Shown one piece after another: positions 1-9,017 of a stretch of DNA of 64,000 nt (position 1 is the first letter of the stretch; every line of letters starts with the position of its first letter). The position numbers and the translations under genes were made by a program. The DNA is from Bacteroidales bacterium UBA1189 (GTDB lineage Bacteria > Bacteroidota > Bacteroidia > Bacteroidales > Bacteroidaceae), in NCBI GenBank assembly GCA_002309805.1, contig DBYJ01000015.1:14497-78496 (forward strand), in the 5' to 3' direction. The notes beneath the pieces were generated by a model that worked only from the letters and a program-made list of their open reading frames with translations, had not been told where the DNA came from and ran no database searches.

Positions 1-1
1 C

Positions 2-1213
2 TACCGTCGTGTCACGCAGAAGAACCGCTCTTATTGGCAGATTGTCCTCGACGTCACCCCGTTCTATGCCGAATCCGGTGGTCAGGTTGGCGACATCGGC
101 GTCCTCGTTTGCGACGACGGCAACGACCATCCCGTTACCATCAACATTACCGACACCAAGAAGGAGAATGGCCTTACCGTCCACATCACCTCCGACGACC
201 TCACGACCCTGCCCCTCGACAGCGATTGGATGGCTTGCGTCGATACCGACAAGCGTGCAGCCACAGCAGCCAACCACTCCTGTACCCACCTTCTTGACGA
301 AGCCCTGCGCACCGTCCTCGGCTCTCACGTGGAGCAGCGCGGCTCGCTCGTCAACGCTGAAGGCCTCCGTTTTGACTTCAGCCACTTCCAAAAGGTTACT
401 CCCGAGGAGATCCGTCAGGTGGAACATCTTGTCAACGCCAAGATTCGTGCCAACGTCCCCCTTACCGACTACCGCGACCTCCCCATTGACCAGGCTCGTG
501 AATTGGGTGCCATCGCCCTCTTCGGCGAAAAGTATGGCGACAAGGTTCGCGTTGTTCGGTTCGGCAGCAGCGTCGAGTTTTGTGGAGGTACCCACGTCAG
601 CGCCACAGGCCAGATTGGTATGATGAAAATCCTTTCGGAGAGTAGCGTCGCCGCAGGTGTGCGCCGCATCGAAGCCGTTACAGGTGCTAAAGTAGAGGAC
701 GTGCTTGACCGTTTCCAAGATGAGATTGACTCTCTTCGTCAGCTCTTAACCGGAGCCCACGACCTCCACGCTGCCATCAGCAAGATGCTTGACGAGCATA
801 GCGCCCTCAAACGTCAGATTGAGGAAGCCCAGCATGAGCGTGCCCTTGCCCTTGCCGATGAACTGGCAAAGAATGCCAACGTCACGGCCTCAGGTGTCCG
901 CATTGTCACAGCCCGCCTGCCTCTGCCGGCAGATGTGGTTAAGGACATTGTTTTCCGTCTGCGCAACCAAAGCCCCGAGAACACCCTGGTTGTCGTTGGC
1001 TCTGTCTTCGAGGGTAAGCCCATGCTTACCGTCAGCGCCTCGGACGACCTTGTCCAAAAGCACGGCGTCCATGCCGGGCAGCTCGTCCGCGAAGCCGCCA
1101 AGCTCATCCAGGGCGGTGGAGGCGGCCAGCCTCACTTCGCTACAGCCGGAGGTAAGAATCCCGATGCCCTTCCTGTTGCCATCGACAAAGTAGTCGAATT
1201 GGCAGGTGTATAA
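2..1213 (+). CDS. alaS: alanine--tRNA ligase, C-terminal part (5' end lies outside the window)
   Basis: Frame 2 is open from the window edge ([31 protein letters not shown]...). It continues into listed ORF 230..1213, which carries AlaRS editing and C-Ala motifs ([31 protein letters not shown]). Confidence 0.93.
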   Translation, partial: YRRVTQKNRSYWQIVLDVTPFYAESGGQVGDIGVLVCDDGNDHPVTINITDTKKENGLTVHITSDDLTTLPLDSDWMACVDTDKRAATAANHSCTHLLDEALRTVLGSHVEQRGSLVNAEGLRFDFSHFQKVTPEEIRQVEHLVNAKIRANVPLTDYRDLPIDQARELGAIALFGEKYGDKVRVVRFGSSVEFCGGTHVSATGQIGMMKILSESSVAAGVRRIEAVTGAKVEDVLDRFQDEIDSLRQLLTGAHDLHAAISKMLDEHSALKRQIEEAQHERALALADELAKNANVTASGVRIVTARLPLPADVVKDIVFRLRNQSPENTLVVVGSVFEGKPMLTVSASDDLVQKHGVHAGQLVREAAKLIQGGGGGQPHFATAGGKNPDALPVAIDKVVELAGV

Positions 1214-1297
1214 AGCAAAAAGGCACCCTTTGTGTTAAAAACATGTTAAAGAACATATTTTTTCGCCATTTTATTTGGTGGCAATAAAAAATACCCC

Positions 1298-1305
1298 TAC
1301 CTTTG
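1298..1305 (+). promoter_or_regulatory. candidate Bacteroidota promoter: -7 box TACCTTTG with -33 TTTG at 1274-1277
   Basis: Matches the TAnnTTTG consensus. A TTTG lies 20 bp upstream, which is the canonical spacing. No ORF follows; only the hairpin terminator at 1349-1376. Confidence 0.4.
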
Positions 1306-1348
1306 CACCGTGTTTTTCATGGTATTAGATTTTTAAAGTTGAAAGATT

Positions 1349-1376
1349 GGTCGTCGGGATGACGACCTTCTTTTTT
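1349..1376 (+). terminator. rho-independent terminator (alaS and/or a short transcript)
   Basis: Stem GGTCGTC / GACGACC with loop GGGAT, followed by TTCTTTTTT. Confidence 0.6.
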
Positions 1377-1608
1377 ATGCACACTTTTTTAAGAACAAAA
1401 ATACATTGAAAAGATTAGGATTTTTCTTGGAAATGCGCTGCCGCGCGGAAAAACTGGCATACATCATCTGCTGACTGATCCAAACCAAGAAATGCCACGC
1501 AAAATGGATTGCGTGTTAATGCGAACAAGATCAACAAGACACTTCCCCCTCCTTAAAAAAGCATCGACAATCTGACATAAAAATGATTGCCATGTCGGAA
1601 ACACTTTG

Positions 1609-1616
1609 TATCTTTG
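1609..1616 (+). promoter_or_regulatory. -7 promoter box TATCTTTG
   Basis: TAnnTTTG motif 99 nt upstream of the 1716 start codon. Confidence 0.45.
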
Positions 1617-1715
1617 CATCGTCAAAGTGACAATGCAGAGGCTAGGAGAAAATGGGTTCTACTCCCTTCCGAAGCATAAAAGTAAAAATAGAACCCTCAT
1701 TTAAATCTCATCAAT

Positions 1716-2690
1716 ATGAAAAAAGCTTTATTATGTACGATGCTTCTTTGTGGTATTGCCATAATCAGCACCAGTTGTGAAAAAGAACCCACCGTCAATC
1801 CCGAGGTTGAAAATGGAACTATGGCGGTCGGAAATGAAACCGTCAACATCACCACTGCCAACGCAGTCAATTTCAACCAGAAAAATGCCATCGTCCTAGC
1901 CTCAAAGGCAATGACCGCTGCTGATAACAAGGGAATTGCTGTGATTTTCGACGGTAACATCGTCCCTGGCACCTATCAGATGTCCGACTCCAAAGCGGGT
2001 AATCCTCGTGTGGTAGGGCTAAGAAACTTCAATCTGGGCGAACTGCAGTTCGTATTTGATGCTGACAGCATCTTTTTCGGAGATGTTTATTACTGGACCA
2101 GCGGCGAACTCTCCATCACCGAGAACAAAGGCATTTACACCGTCATTTTGTCACAATGCACCGCGTCAAACGCAAACCATGCCAACATCAGCCTCTCCGT
2201 CAACTTCAATGACGTATTGCAACCCTTCATCATTCACAAAGACAACAAGTTTGTCATTGACGGATTTGCGAGCCCTATCGGCCTTGCCGGCATTACTTCC
2301 ATTGGAGGAATGAACAGCATCGGTGAATATGCAGGTGTCCATTCCATGTTGTTCATGTCTGCCAATCACAAGAGGTCATTTATTGTCAGTTTCGTAGGAA
2401 ATGAAACCGTCGATGGCGAATACCAGCTGGGTTATTTATTCACCCCATACCTACCGATTCTACCCTGTGTCCACGTCGCAACTGACTTTGATTTCTGGAC
2501 CCTCACACCCCAAACCGGTTATGTCGCCAAGAGTGGCACTTTGAAGATTGTCACCAATGAAGATGGAACAAAGACGGTCACCATGAGAAATCTCAAGTTG
2601 AAGAACGTGGAACACGACAACGAGTTCTTCTTCCCCATTCTCGACGCCGAGCTCACCTATCATGGCATGATGTATGAGATAGGGCAATAA
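1716..2690 (+). CDS. hypothetical lipoprotein
   Basis: 324-aa ORF. The N-terminus MKKALLCTMLLCGIAIISTSC is a signal peptide with a lipobox cysteine. I recognise no family. Confidence 0.7.
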   Translation: MKKALLCTMLLCGIAIISTSCEKEPTVNPEVENGTMAVGNETVNITTANAVNFNQKNAIVLASKAMTAADNKGIAVIFDGNIVPGTYQMSDSKAGNPRVVGLRNFNLGELQFVFDADSIFFGDVYYWTSGELSITENKGIYTVILSQCTASNANHANISLSVNFNDVLQPFIIHKDNKFVIDGFASPIGLAGITSIGGMNSIGEYAGVHSMLFMSANHKRSFIVSFVGNETVDGEYQLGYLFTPYLPILPCVHVATDFDFWTLTPQTGYVAKSGTLKIVTNEDGTKTVTMRNLKLKNVEHDNEFFFPILDAELTYHGMMYEIGQ

Positions 2691-2759
2691 GGAGAAGGAT
2701 TTGTCATTTTTGCAAAGATATAGCGCTACGTCAACAACGCTTATTTCTGTGCGCGTAGA

Positions 2760-2831
2760 GTTTGATTCTATTTTCTCAGCGTTTGATTCTAAAATGACAG
2801 CGTTTGATTCTACGCGCGCAGAATCAAACGC
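2760..2831. repeat. 21-bp phased GTTTGATTCT array ending in a perfect 12-bp hairpin (possible bidirectional terminator)
   Basis: Direct copies of GTTTGATTCT start at 2760, 2781 and 2802. GCGTTTGATTCT (2800-2811) pairs perfectly with AGAATCAAACGC (2820-2831) across an 8-nt GC loop. The array lies between convergent genes. Confidence 0.8.
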
Positions 2832-2854
2832 TGGAAAGAATAGTTTAAATACCT

Positions 2855-3385
2855 TTATTTCGTCTCCCCAGTCTTTTTGCGACGAGGGAAGAGGCGGAAG
2901 CGCTTGCCCGATTTCACGGCGGGCTGAGGCTTGACTTCAACCGTATCGGCCTCCTGGATCTGGTCGTCGGTAGTGATGGGGACAAGTTCTTCGATGTTAT
3001 CCGGAGCAATCATCTCGCCCTCGATATAGATGCGGACGGGAGTGTTGGCGGCGTTGCTGTGGATGGTAATGCTCTTCTTGAAGACGCCAGGACGTTTGGC
3101 CTTGCCGTTATAGGTAACGAGCATGGTGCCCTGTTTCCCTGGAGCGATGGGCTCCTGGGTGTATTGGGGCACGGTACAGCCGCAGGAGCTGATGGCCTGA
3201 TGAATGATGAGCGGGGCATTGCCTGTGTTGGTGAAGGTGAACGTGCAGGTAACGATGCAGGTATCCTGAGCCACAACGCCGAAGTTGTGGGTCTTCTTTT
3301 GGAAGGTCAATTCAGCCGTCTCTTCAGCAAAAGTTGAGGTGGCAAGAAGCAGGGCTGCTACTAAGAGGGAAAGGATTTTTTTCAT
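2855..3385 (-). CDS. DUF1573 domain-containing secreted protein
   Basis: Signal peptide MKKILSLLVAALLLATSTFA, then a DUF1573-type Ig-like core (FGVV...CTFTFTNTGNAPLIIHQAISSCGCTVPQY...PG..G). The start is placed at the internal ATG (residue 19 of ORF 2855..3439) to avoid overlap with relA. Confidence 0.8.
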   Translation of the reverse strand: MKKILSLLVAALLLATSTFAEETAELTFQKKTHNFGVVAQDTCIVTCTFTFTNTGNAPLIIHQAISSCGCTVPQYTQEPIAPGKQGTMLVTYNGKAKRPGVFKKSITIHSNAANTPVRIYIEGEMIAPDNIEELVPITTDDQIQEADTVEVKPQPAVKSGKRFRLFPRRKKTGETK

Positions 3386-3410
3386 TTCTGTGGGATTATT
3401 GAGGTTTTTA

Positions 3411-5705
3411 TTATAGACGTTGAACTTGTTTGACCCCACGGACTTCGCGGAGTTTTTTAATGAGGGAGTTGAGACGCGAGGTGTCGTCCATCAGCAGCGT
3501 GAGGGTGCTGGAGAAGAGCTTATCGTGGGTGTTGATATTGATATTACGCAGCTTGGCATGATCGTCCTTGGAGATGATGGAGGTGAGGTTGTTGATGATG
3601 CCAAGGTCGTCGAGCCCGACAACGCTAAGTGTCACAGGATAAACCTTTCCTCCGGCATTTCCTGCCCAACGGGCAGGGACGATACGATAGCCAAAACGGC
3701 TGCGCAAATCGCGGGCATTAGGGCATGAGATACGATGAATCTTGATGCCGTCGCTGACGGTAACAAAGCCAAAGATTTCATCGCCGAAAACAGGGTTGCA
3801 GCAGCGGGCGAGCTTATACCCTACCCCTGCCATGTGGGGGTCAACGAAGAGAATGCCTCCTGCGCTGTCCTCCTGCGAGGCTGTACCCTCAACCTCTGTA
3901 TCGAGCCGCTGACGGTATTCGGCAGCACTGTGTCCCGTCTCGATGTCCGTCTCAGGGAAGATGCCGTGCTCGGCATTCCACAAAGCGGTATATTGCTCAA
4001 TGACTCCATCAGCGGTAAGTTTCCCTTCGGCAACACGCTGATAGAACGTCTGCTCCTGCTGCTTGAAGCCCATCTTACGAATGAGGCGCAGCATGAGCCC
4101 TTCGTCGAGTTCCACCTTGCGATTCTTGAAGCGGCGCTCAATCTCCTCGCGCCCCAACGAAGCCTGACGAGCCTCTATCTCCTTGAGTGCCTGACGCACC
4201 TTCGAGCGGGCACGGGGCGTGGTGACGAGGGCAAGCCAACCCTGATTGGGCGTCTGCGAGGCAGAGGAGAGGATTTCCACTTGGTCGCCATTACGAAGGA
4301 CATAGCCCAGACGCACATGGCGTCCGCCCACCTTGGCTCCTGTGCAATGATAGCCCAGATTGGTGTGAATGCTATAGGCAAAATCGAGGACGGTAGCACC
4401 GTGCGGCAGCTTGTGGAGGTCACCCTGAGGGGTGAAGACAAAGACATCGTCCTTGTAGAGGTCCATCTTAAAGCGGTCCATCAGTTCGCGGTCGTCATCG
4501 GCATTCTCCAGCGCTTCGCGGATGCTGGTGAGCCATTCGTCGAGTCCCGTTTCGCTGCGGATGCCCTTATAACGCCAATGAGCAGCCAGACCTCGCTCAG
4601 CTATATCGTCCATGCGCTCTGTGCGAATCTGAACCTCTACCCAACGGCCCTCAGGCCCCATCACGGTAGTATGAAGACTTTCGTATCCGTTGCTTTTGGG
4701 GATGCTGAGCCAGTCGCGCAAGCGATTGGGGTTGGGCTGATACATGTCGGTAACGATGGAGTAGGCCAGCCAGCAGTCAGGCTTTTCGCGCTCAGGAGGG
4801 CTGTCGATAATGATGCGGATGGCGAAGAGGTCATAGACGCCCTCAAAGGGGCAGCGCTGCTTCTTCATCTTCTGCCAGATGCTGTGGATGCTCTTCGTAC
4901 GGCCCTTGATGTGGCATTTCAGCCCGGCCTCAGCCATCTTCCGGCTGATGGGCTCGATGAAGTCGGCGATATACTTGTCGCGCGAGGCCTTCGTCTGAGC
5001 CAGTTTATCCTTTATCTGATAGTAAACCTCCGTCTCCGTGTACTTCATCGCCAAGTCCTCCAGTTCCGACTTGATGCGGTAAAGGCCCAGTTTGTGCGAC
5101 AAAGGAGCATAGAGATAGGCAGCCTCGCCTGCCACACGGAGGCGGAATTCCTCGCAGGCCTCGCGGTTGGCGTCGCCTTCATCGGGCAGCGTAGAGAGCT
5201 GGCGCATCAGGCAGGTGCGCTCGGCTATCATGATAAGGATGACGCGCATATCGCCCGCAAAGGAGAGCAGCAGGTTGCGGAAGTTCTCCGACTCGATGGT
5301 GGGGTTCTTCTCATAGAGACGGCTGATGTTGACGAGTCCGTCGATGATGCGCGCCACATCTGTGCCGAAGTCTTTCTCTACCGTCGGGCTGTCAATAACG
5401 CCCACAAAGACGGCAGCATGCAGCAGAACTGCCAATATGGCTGCGCGCTTCATCCCCATTTCATCAGAGACGATGAGCGCCGTACGGACATCCATGAGGA
5501 GCGGATTGTGCCCAAACACATCGCGGGTAAGCGCCTGACTATCGGCTGCCAACCGCATCTGGCGGAGCACATGGCTGAATGTCTCGTCATCCATGCTATC
5601 GCCCACCTGATTAGTAAGGAGGGCCAATTGCGCAGTCAGTTCGGCCCGTTCCTCAGGAGTGAAGAAGGCCGAACCGGCAAGGATTTCAAGTGCGCTATTG
5701 TCCAC
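3411..5705 (-). CDS. relA: bifunctional (p)ppGpp synthetase/hydrolase, RelA/SpoT family
   Basis: 764 aa with HD hydrolase, RelA_SpoT synthetase (HSIWQKM..., YESLHTTV), TGS and C-terminal ACT-like regions. The start codon appears to be GTG. Confidence 0.95.
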   Translation of the reverse strand: MDNSALEILAGSAFFTPEERAELTAQLALLTNQVGDSMDDETFSHVLRQMRLAADSQALTRDVFGHNPLLMDVRTALIVSDEMGMKRAAILAVLLHAAVFVGVIDSPTVEKDFGTDVARIIDGLVNISRLYEKNPTIESENFRNLLLSFAGDMRVILIMIAERTCLMRQLSTLPDEGDANREACEEFRLRVAGEAAYLYAPLSHKLGLYRIKSELEDLAMKYTETEVYYQIKDKLAQTKASRDKYIADFIEPISRKMAEAGLKCHIKGRTKSIHSIWQKMKKQRCPFEGVYDLFAIRIIIDSPPEREKPDCWLAYSIVTDMYQPNPNRLRDWLSIPKSNGYESLHTTVMGPEGRWVEVQIRTERMDDIAERGLAAHWRYKGIRSETGLDEWLTSIREALENADDDRELMDRFKMDLYKDDVFVFTPQGDLHKLPHGATVLDFAYSIHTNLGYHCTGAKVGGRHVRLGYVLRNGDQVEILSSASQTPNQGWLALVTTPRARSKVRQALKEIEARQASLGREEIERRFKNRKVELDEGLMLRLIRKMGFKQQEQTFYQRVAEGKLTADGVIEQYTALWNAEHGIFPETDIETGHSAAEYRQRLDTEVEGTASQEDSAGGILFVDPHMAGVGYKLARCCNPVFGDEIFGFVTVSDGIKIHRISCPNARDLRSRFGYRIVPARWAGNAGGKVYPVTLSVVGLDDLGIINNLTSIISKDDHAKLRNININTHDKLFSSTLTLLMDDTSRLNSLIKKLREVRGVKQVQRL

Positions 5706-5726
5706 GATGGTCTATTTTTTCACGTG

Positions 5727-5734
5727 CAAAAATA
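5727..5734 (-). promoter_or_regulatory. -7 promoter box TATTTTTG (minus strand)
   Basis: The reverse complement of CAAAAATA lies 21 nt upstream of the relA start. Confidence 0.4.
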
Positions 5735-5794
5735 GACACTTGTTTCTATCTTTCCAAATATGAAAGGAGTTTTTTAGTTTTTTTGCCTTTTTCC

Positions 5795-6643
5795 TCAGAA
5801 CGTCAAACCAAGGCAGACGCTTATGGGCCATACCTTAGCATCGTTCGGAGTCGAAATGGATGAAGTACCAGAGAAGAGTTCCATCAGCGAAGCCTTTGCC
5901 ATCAGGCTGATGTTGTTGTAACCCACCTGAGTAAGCAGGTTGACGTTCAGCGGGTGCATGCTGATGCTGTTGGTAATGGTCTCTTTGCGCTTGCCGAACT
6001 GGCGTCCACGCGAAGCAGGCGAGAAGCGGTACTCCAGCTCAGGGCCGACGGTAAAGAAGAAACCATCGGAAGAGGTCTGGAACTCCAACTGCACAGGCAG
6101 CTTGAACGTCCAGTAACGGAACCACGTCTCGTCGTACTGCGTATCTGTTGGCAATTGGGCGAACTGCGTCGTGCGCTCACCTGCAGCAGAGCGGGAAGTA
6201 AAGAAATAGTTGGTAGAACCGAACTTGTACATCGTGCGTCCGAAACCGAAGGCAAAGCCAAGGCCTACATGATCGCTGCCCAGACGGACGGCGTCCATCG
6301 GCAGATAGATACCCCACTCCCAGCTCTTGGCCTCGTCAATTTCAATGTCATCGACACGCATGGAAAGCGGCCCGTCAAGGAATCCGCTGAAGCCCATATA
6401 ATAAAAAGGAAGATGAGCATCGAAGCCATGGCCGTAGCTGATGTCGTACTTCACATTGGACTTCTCAGCCCTGCCGTCCTCATCATCGCGCGTGACGGTA
6501 TACTCGCGGGTAATCACCCATTGGCCAATGCGTTGCTGCTCGATGCCTGTACTCTCGTTGCTATTCTCCTGCGCACTAATTTCCGAAACGCCTGCAATAG
6601 CCAGTAGTGCGACTGACAACAGGGCGAAGAATGACTTTTTCAT
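5795..6643 (-). CDS. outer-membrane beta-barrel protein (porin-like), hypothetical
   Basis: Signal peptide MKKSFFALLSVALLAIAGVSEISAQ. The sequence shows an alternating aromatic/glycine-rich beta-strand pattern and ends in a C-terminal Phe (...CLGLTF). Confidence 0.65.
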   Translation of the reverse strand: MKKSFFALLSVALLAIAGVSEISAQENSNESTGIEQQRIGQWVITREYTVTRDDEDGRAEKSNVKYDISYGHGFDAHLPFYYMGFSGFLDGPLSMRVDDIEIDEAKSWEWGIYLPMDAVRLGSDHVGLGFAFGFGRTMYKFGSTNYFFTSRSAAGERTTQFAQLPTDTQYDETWFRYWTFKLPVQLEFQTSSDGFFFTVGPELEYRFSPASRGRQFGKRKETITNSISMHPLNVNLLTQVGYNNISLMAKASLMELFSGTSSISTPNDAKVWPISVCLGLTF

Positions 6644-6759
6644 ATTCGTGAATCGTTGTTTTTACTTAAATTCTCTTATTAGACGTTGCAAAGTCAGAAA
6701 AAGTTGCACAGGCACGGATTTTTTACTATCTTCGCGCCGATTTTTTCAAAAAGGAAGAG

Positions 6760-8049
6760 ATGACCTGCGACATTCAGCATATCCGCATCGAAGACTACGA
6801 CTATCCCCTGCCCGACGAGCGCATCGCCAAGTTCCCTCTGGCAGAGCGCGACAGCAGCAAGCTGCTTGTCTGCCTTAACGGCAAGGTGAGCGAGGACCGC
6901 TTCACGTCCCTGCCCCACTATCTGCCCAAGGGAGCGCTGATGGTGTTCAACAATACGCGCGTCATCCAGGCCCGCCTTCATTTCCGCAAGGAGACGGGGG
7001 CGCTGATAGAGGTGTTCTGCCTGGAGCCTCTAGTGCCAAGGGAATATGTCTCGATGTTTGCCCAGACGGATTCGTGCGTCTGGCTCTGCATGGTGGGTAA
7101 TCTGAAGAAATGGAAGGGCGGAGCCCTCACACGCACCATCGAGGTTAACGGGCAGCTTGTGGAACTATCTGTGGAGCGGATGGATGAAGAGAAGGATTTA
7201 GCGCGAGGAACAACGTATTGTACCACCTCCTCGCCTGAATTCCCTGTGCGGTTCAGCTGGAAAAGTCAGGACGAGAAACCCATCACCTTTGCTGAAGTGC
7301 TGCAAGCCTGCGGAGAATTGCCCATACCTCCTTATTTAAATAGGGAGACTCAGGAGAGCGACTTGCGCACCTATCAGACGGTCTATTCGAAGATCGACGG
7401 CTCAGTAGCTGCCCCAACGGCAGGGCTCCACTTCACGGAAAGCGTGCTGAAAGCCCTTGACGACTGCGGCATAGAGCGCGACGAGGTTACCTTGCACGTA
7501 GGAGCCGGCACGTTCAAACCCGTTAAGAGTGAATTCATTGGAGACCATGCCATGCATTCAGAATACATCGTCGTACGTCGGGCTACCATCGAGAAATTGA
7601 TTGCCCACGGAGGCGAAGCCATTGCCGTAGGCACCACCTCCGTCCGCACGCTCGAGAGCCTTTATTACATCGGCCTCATCCTGCTCCGTCATCCTGATGC
7701 CAGCGAAGAAGAGCTCCACGTCCCCCAATGGATGCCCTACGAAAGCGCAGACGACATCCCCACGCTGGAGGCGTTGGGAGCCATCCTGCGTTGGATGGAA
7801 ACAGGCGGATACGATTGCCTTCATACCACTACGCAGATTATCATCGTACCTGGCTATAAGTTCCACATTGTGAGGCGCATGATCACCAATTTCCATCAAC
7901 CCAAGAGTACGCTACTCTTGTTGGTTTCTGCCTTTGTCGGCAATCATGCCGATGGCACACCCGTCTGGCGCGACATCTACGACTTTGCCCTCGCGCACGA
8001 TTTCCGTTTCCTCTCCTATGGGGATTCTTCTATTCTGAGCCGAGACTAA
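6760..8049 (+). CDS. queA: S-adenosylmethionine:tRNA ribosyltransferase-isomerase
   Basis: QueA motifs are present: YDYPLPDERIAKFPL, PIPPYL, TAGLHFT, VGTTSVRTLES, ITNFHQPKSTLLLLVSAF. At 429 aa it is longer than the roughly 350-aa E. coli enzyme. Confidence 0.93.
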   Translation: MTCDIQHIRIEDYDYPLPDERIAKFPLAERDSSKLLVCLNGKVSEDRFTSLPHYLPKGALMVFNNTRVIQARLHFRKETGALIEVFCLEPLVPREYVSMFAQTDSCVWLCMVGNLKKWKGGALTRTIEVNGQLVELSVERMDEEKDLARGTTYCTTSSPEFPVRFSWKSQDEKPITFAEVLQACGELPIPPYLNRETQESDLRTYQTVYSKIDGSVAAPTAGLHFTESVLKALDDCGIERDEVTLHVGAGTFKPVKSEFIGDHAMHSEYIVVRRATIEKLIAHGGEAIAVGTTSVRTLESLYYIGLILLRHPDASEEELHVPQWMPYESADDIPTLEALGAILRWMETGGYDCLHTTTQIIIVPGYKFHIVRRMITNFHQPKSTLLLLVSAFVGNHADGTPVWRDIYDFALAHDFRFLSYGDSSILSRD

Positions 8050-8098
8050 CGTCAAGCACTCAAATCCATACATTATAAACCACTAAAAAGAAATTCAC

Positions 8099-8800
8099 AT
8101 GATAAGCATTGGAGATAAAGTCCGTTTTCTGACTGAAACTGGAGGGGGAAGAGTAAAAGCATTCAAGGATAAGAATACCGTGATTGTCGAGGGAGATGAC
8201 GGTTTTGACATTCCTATGCTCATAACCAACGTGGTTGTCGTTGGCAATACCGATGCCCTGAATTTCGAGCGGAAGCCATCGAAGAAAGAAGTGGAGAAAA
8301 AAGAAAAAGAGCCCGAAAAGGCTCCCGTCGAAGCAGAGGAAGCACCCAAGCCCGCTCCTATCATTCAGGAATTTGCAGGGCACGAGGCGCTCAATGTGCA
8401 TCTCGCCTTCCTCCCGATGGACATCAAGTCCATCAGCACTACTGTCATGGAGGCATGGCTGGTAAACGACAGCAACTACTTCATCACCTACGCCTGGGCC
8501 TCCATCGGCTCAGGCAGCCAGACGCTTTTCAATCAAGGAACGCTGGAGCCCAATAGCGTGGTGTTCCTTCGTGAATTCACACGCGACATGTACAACCAGC
8601 TGGAGCACATCAGCGTGCAACTCTTTGCCTGGAAGAAGGGAAAGCCCTACCGGCGTAAACCCGTCATCGACGTGGAGTTACGCATCGATACCGTGAAATT
8701 CTTCAAGCTTCACACCTTCCGCGAGACGCCGTTCTTCGAAGACCCTGCCCTACTCTACGATATTGTACGTGACGATCGTCCCTCGCGCCCTGTTCAATAA
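8099..8800 (+). CDS. DUF2027-like protein (no Smr domain recognisable)
   Basis: The N-terminus MISIGDKVRFLTETGGGRVKAFKDKNTVIVEGDDGFDIPMLITNVV resembles Bacteroidales DUF2027 proteins. A K/E/P-rich linker follows. The family assignment is from memory only. Confidence 0.55.
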   Translation: MISIGDKVRFLTETGGGRVKAFKDKNTVIVEGDDGFDIPMLITNVVVVGNTDALNFERKPSKKEVEKKEKEPEKAPVEAEEAPKPAPIIQEFAGHEALNVHLAFLPMDIKSISTTVMEAWLVNDSNYFITYAWASIGSGSQTLFNQGTLEPNSVVFLREFTRDMYNQLEHISVQLFAWKKGKPYRRKPVIDVELRIDTVKFFKLHTFRETPFFEDPALLYDIVRDDRPSRPVQ

Positions 8801-8840
8801 AGGAACAGCTCCCAAGAAATAGCATCAAAGACGCTGTTCA

Positions 8841-8946
8841 CAGAATAGGCAAATAAAAATTTAGAATAGGCGAATAAAAATTTAGAATAGGCGAATAAAT
8901 TTTTAACGCAGGCAAATAAAAAATTAACGCAGGCAAATAAATTCAC
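8841..8946. repeat. five-unit tandem array, exact 21-bp period, core YAGGCRAATAAA
   Basis: The cores TAGGC/CAGGC start at 8846, 8867, 8888, 8909 and 8930. The same word family recurs at 43757-43883. Confidence 0.85.
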
Positions 8947-9004
8947 GACGTAGTGCTTCGTTATAAAAAACGCTAATTTTTTTGGCCTTCTCCTTTTCTC
9001 TTAG

Positions 9005-9012
9005 TATCTTTG
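9005..9012 (+). promoter_or_regulatory. -7 promoter box TATCTTTG
   Basis: Lies only 5 nt before the ATG at 9018, so the mRNA would be leaderless or nearly so. Confidence 0.4.
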
Positions 9013-9017
9013 CCCCG

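Noticed and set aside
9-623. 204-aa and other alternative-frame ORFs at the window start (9..623, 34..297, 82..312)
   Set aside because: They overlap the alaS frame, which shows clear AlaRS motifs from position 2 onward. Their products are low-complexity S/T/P/R-rich.
2701-2934. 77-aa plus-strand ORF
   Set aside because: It is made of the GTTTGATTCT repeat array and then runs antisense into the DUF1573 gene.
3735-5735. 666-aa ORF on the plus strand, the longest of the antisense ORFs
   Set aside because: It is entirely antisense to the well-supported relA/spoT gene. The product is low-complexity (R/A/G/L/H-rich) with no recognisable motif and no promoter box ahead of it. This is a classic shadow ORF of a GC-biased sense frame.
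8841-8946. Possible CRISPR array
   Set aside because: The repeat units are contiguous 21-mers with no unique spacers, are AT-rich, and there are only 5-6 units. No cas genes are present. This is a tandem repeat, not a CRISPR array.
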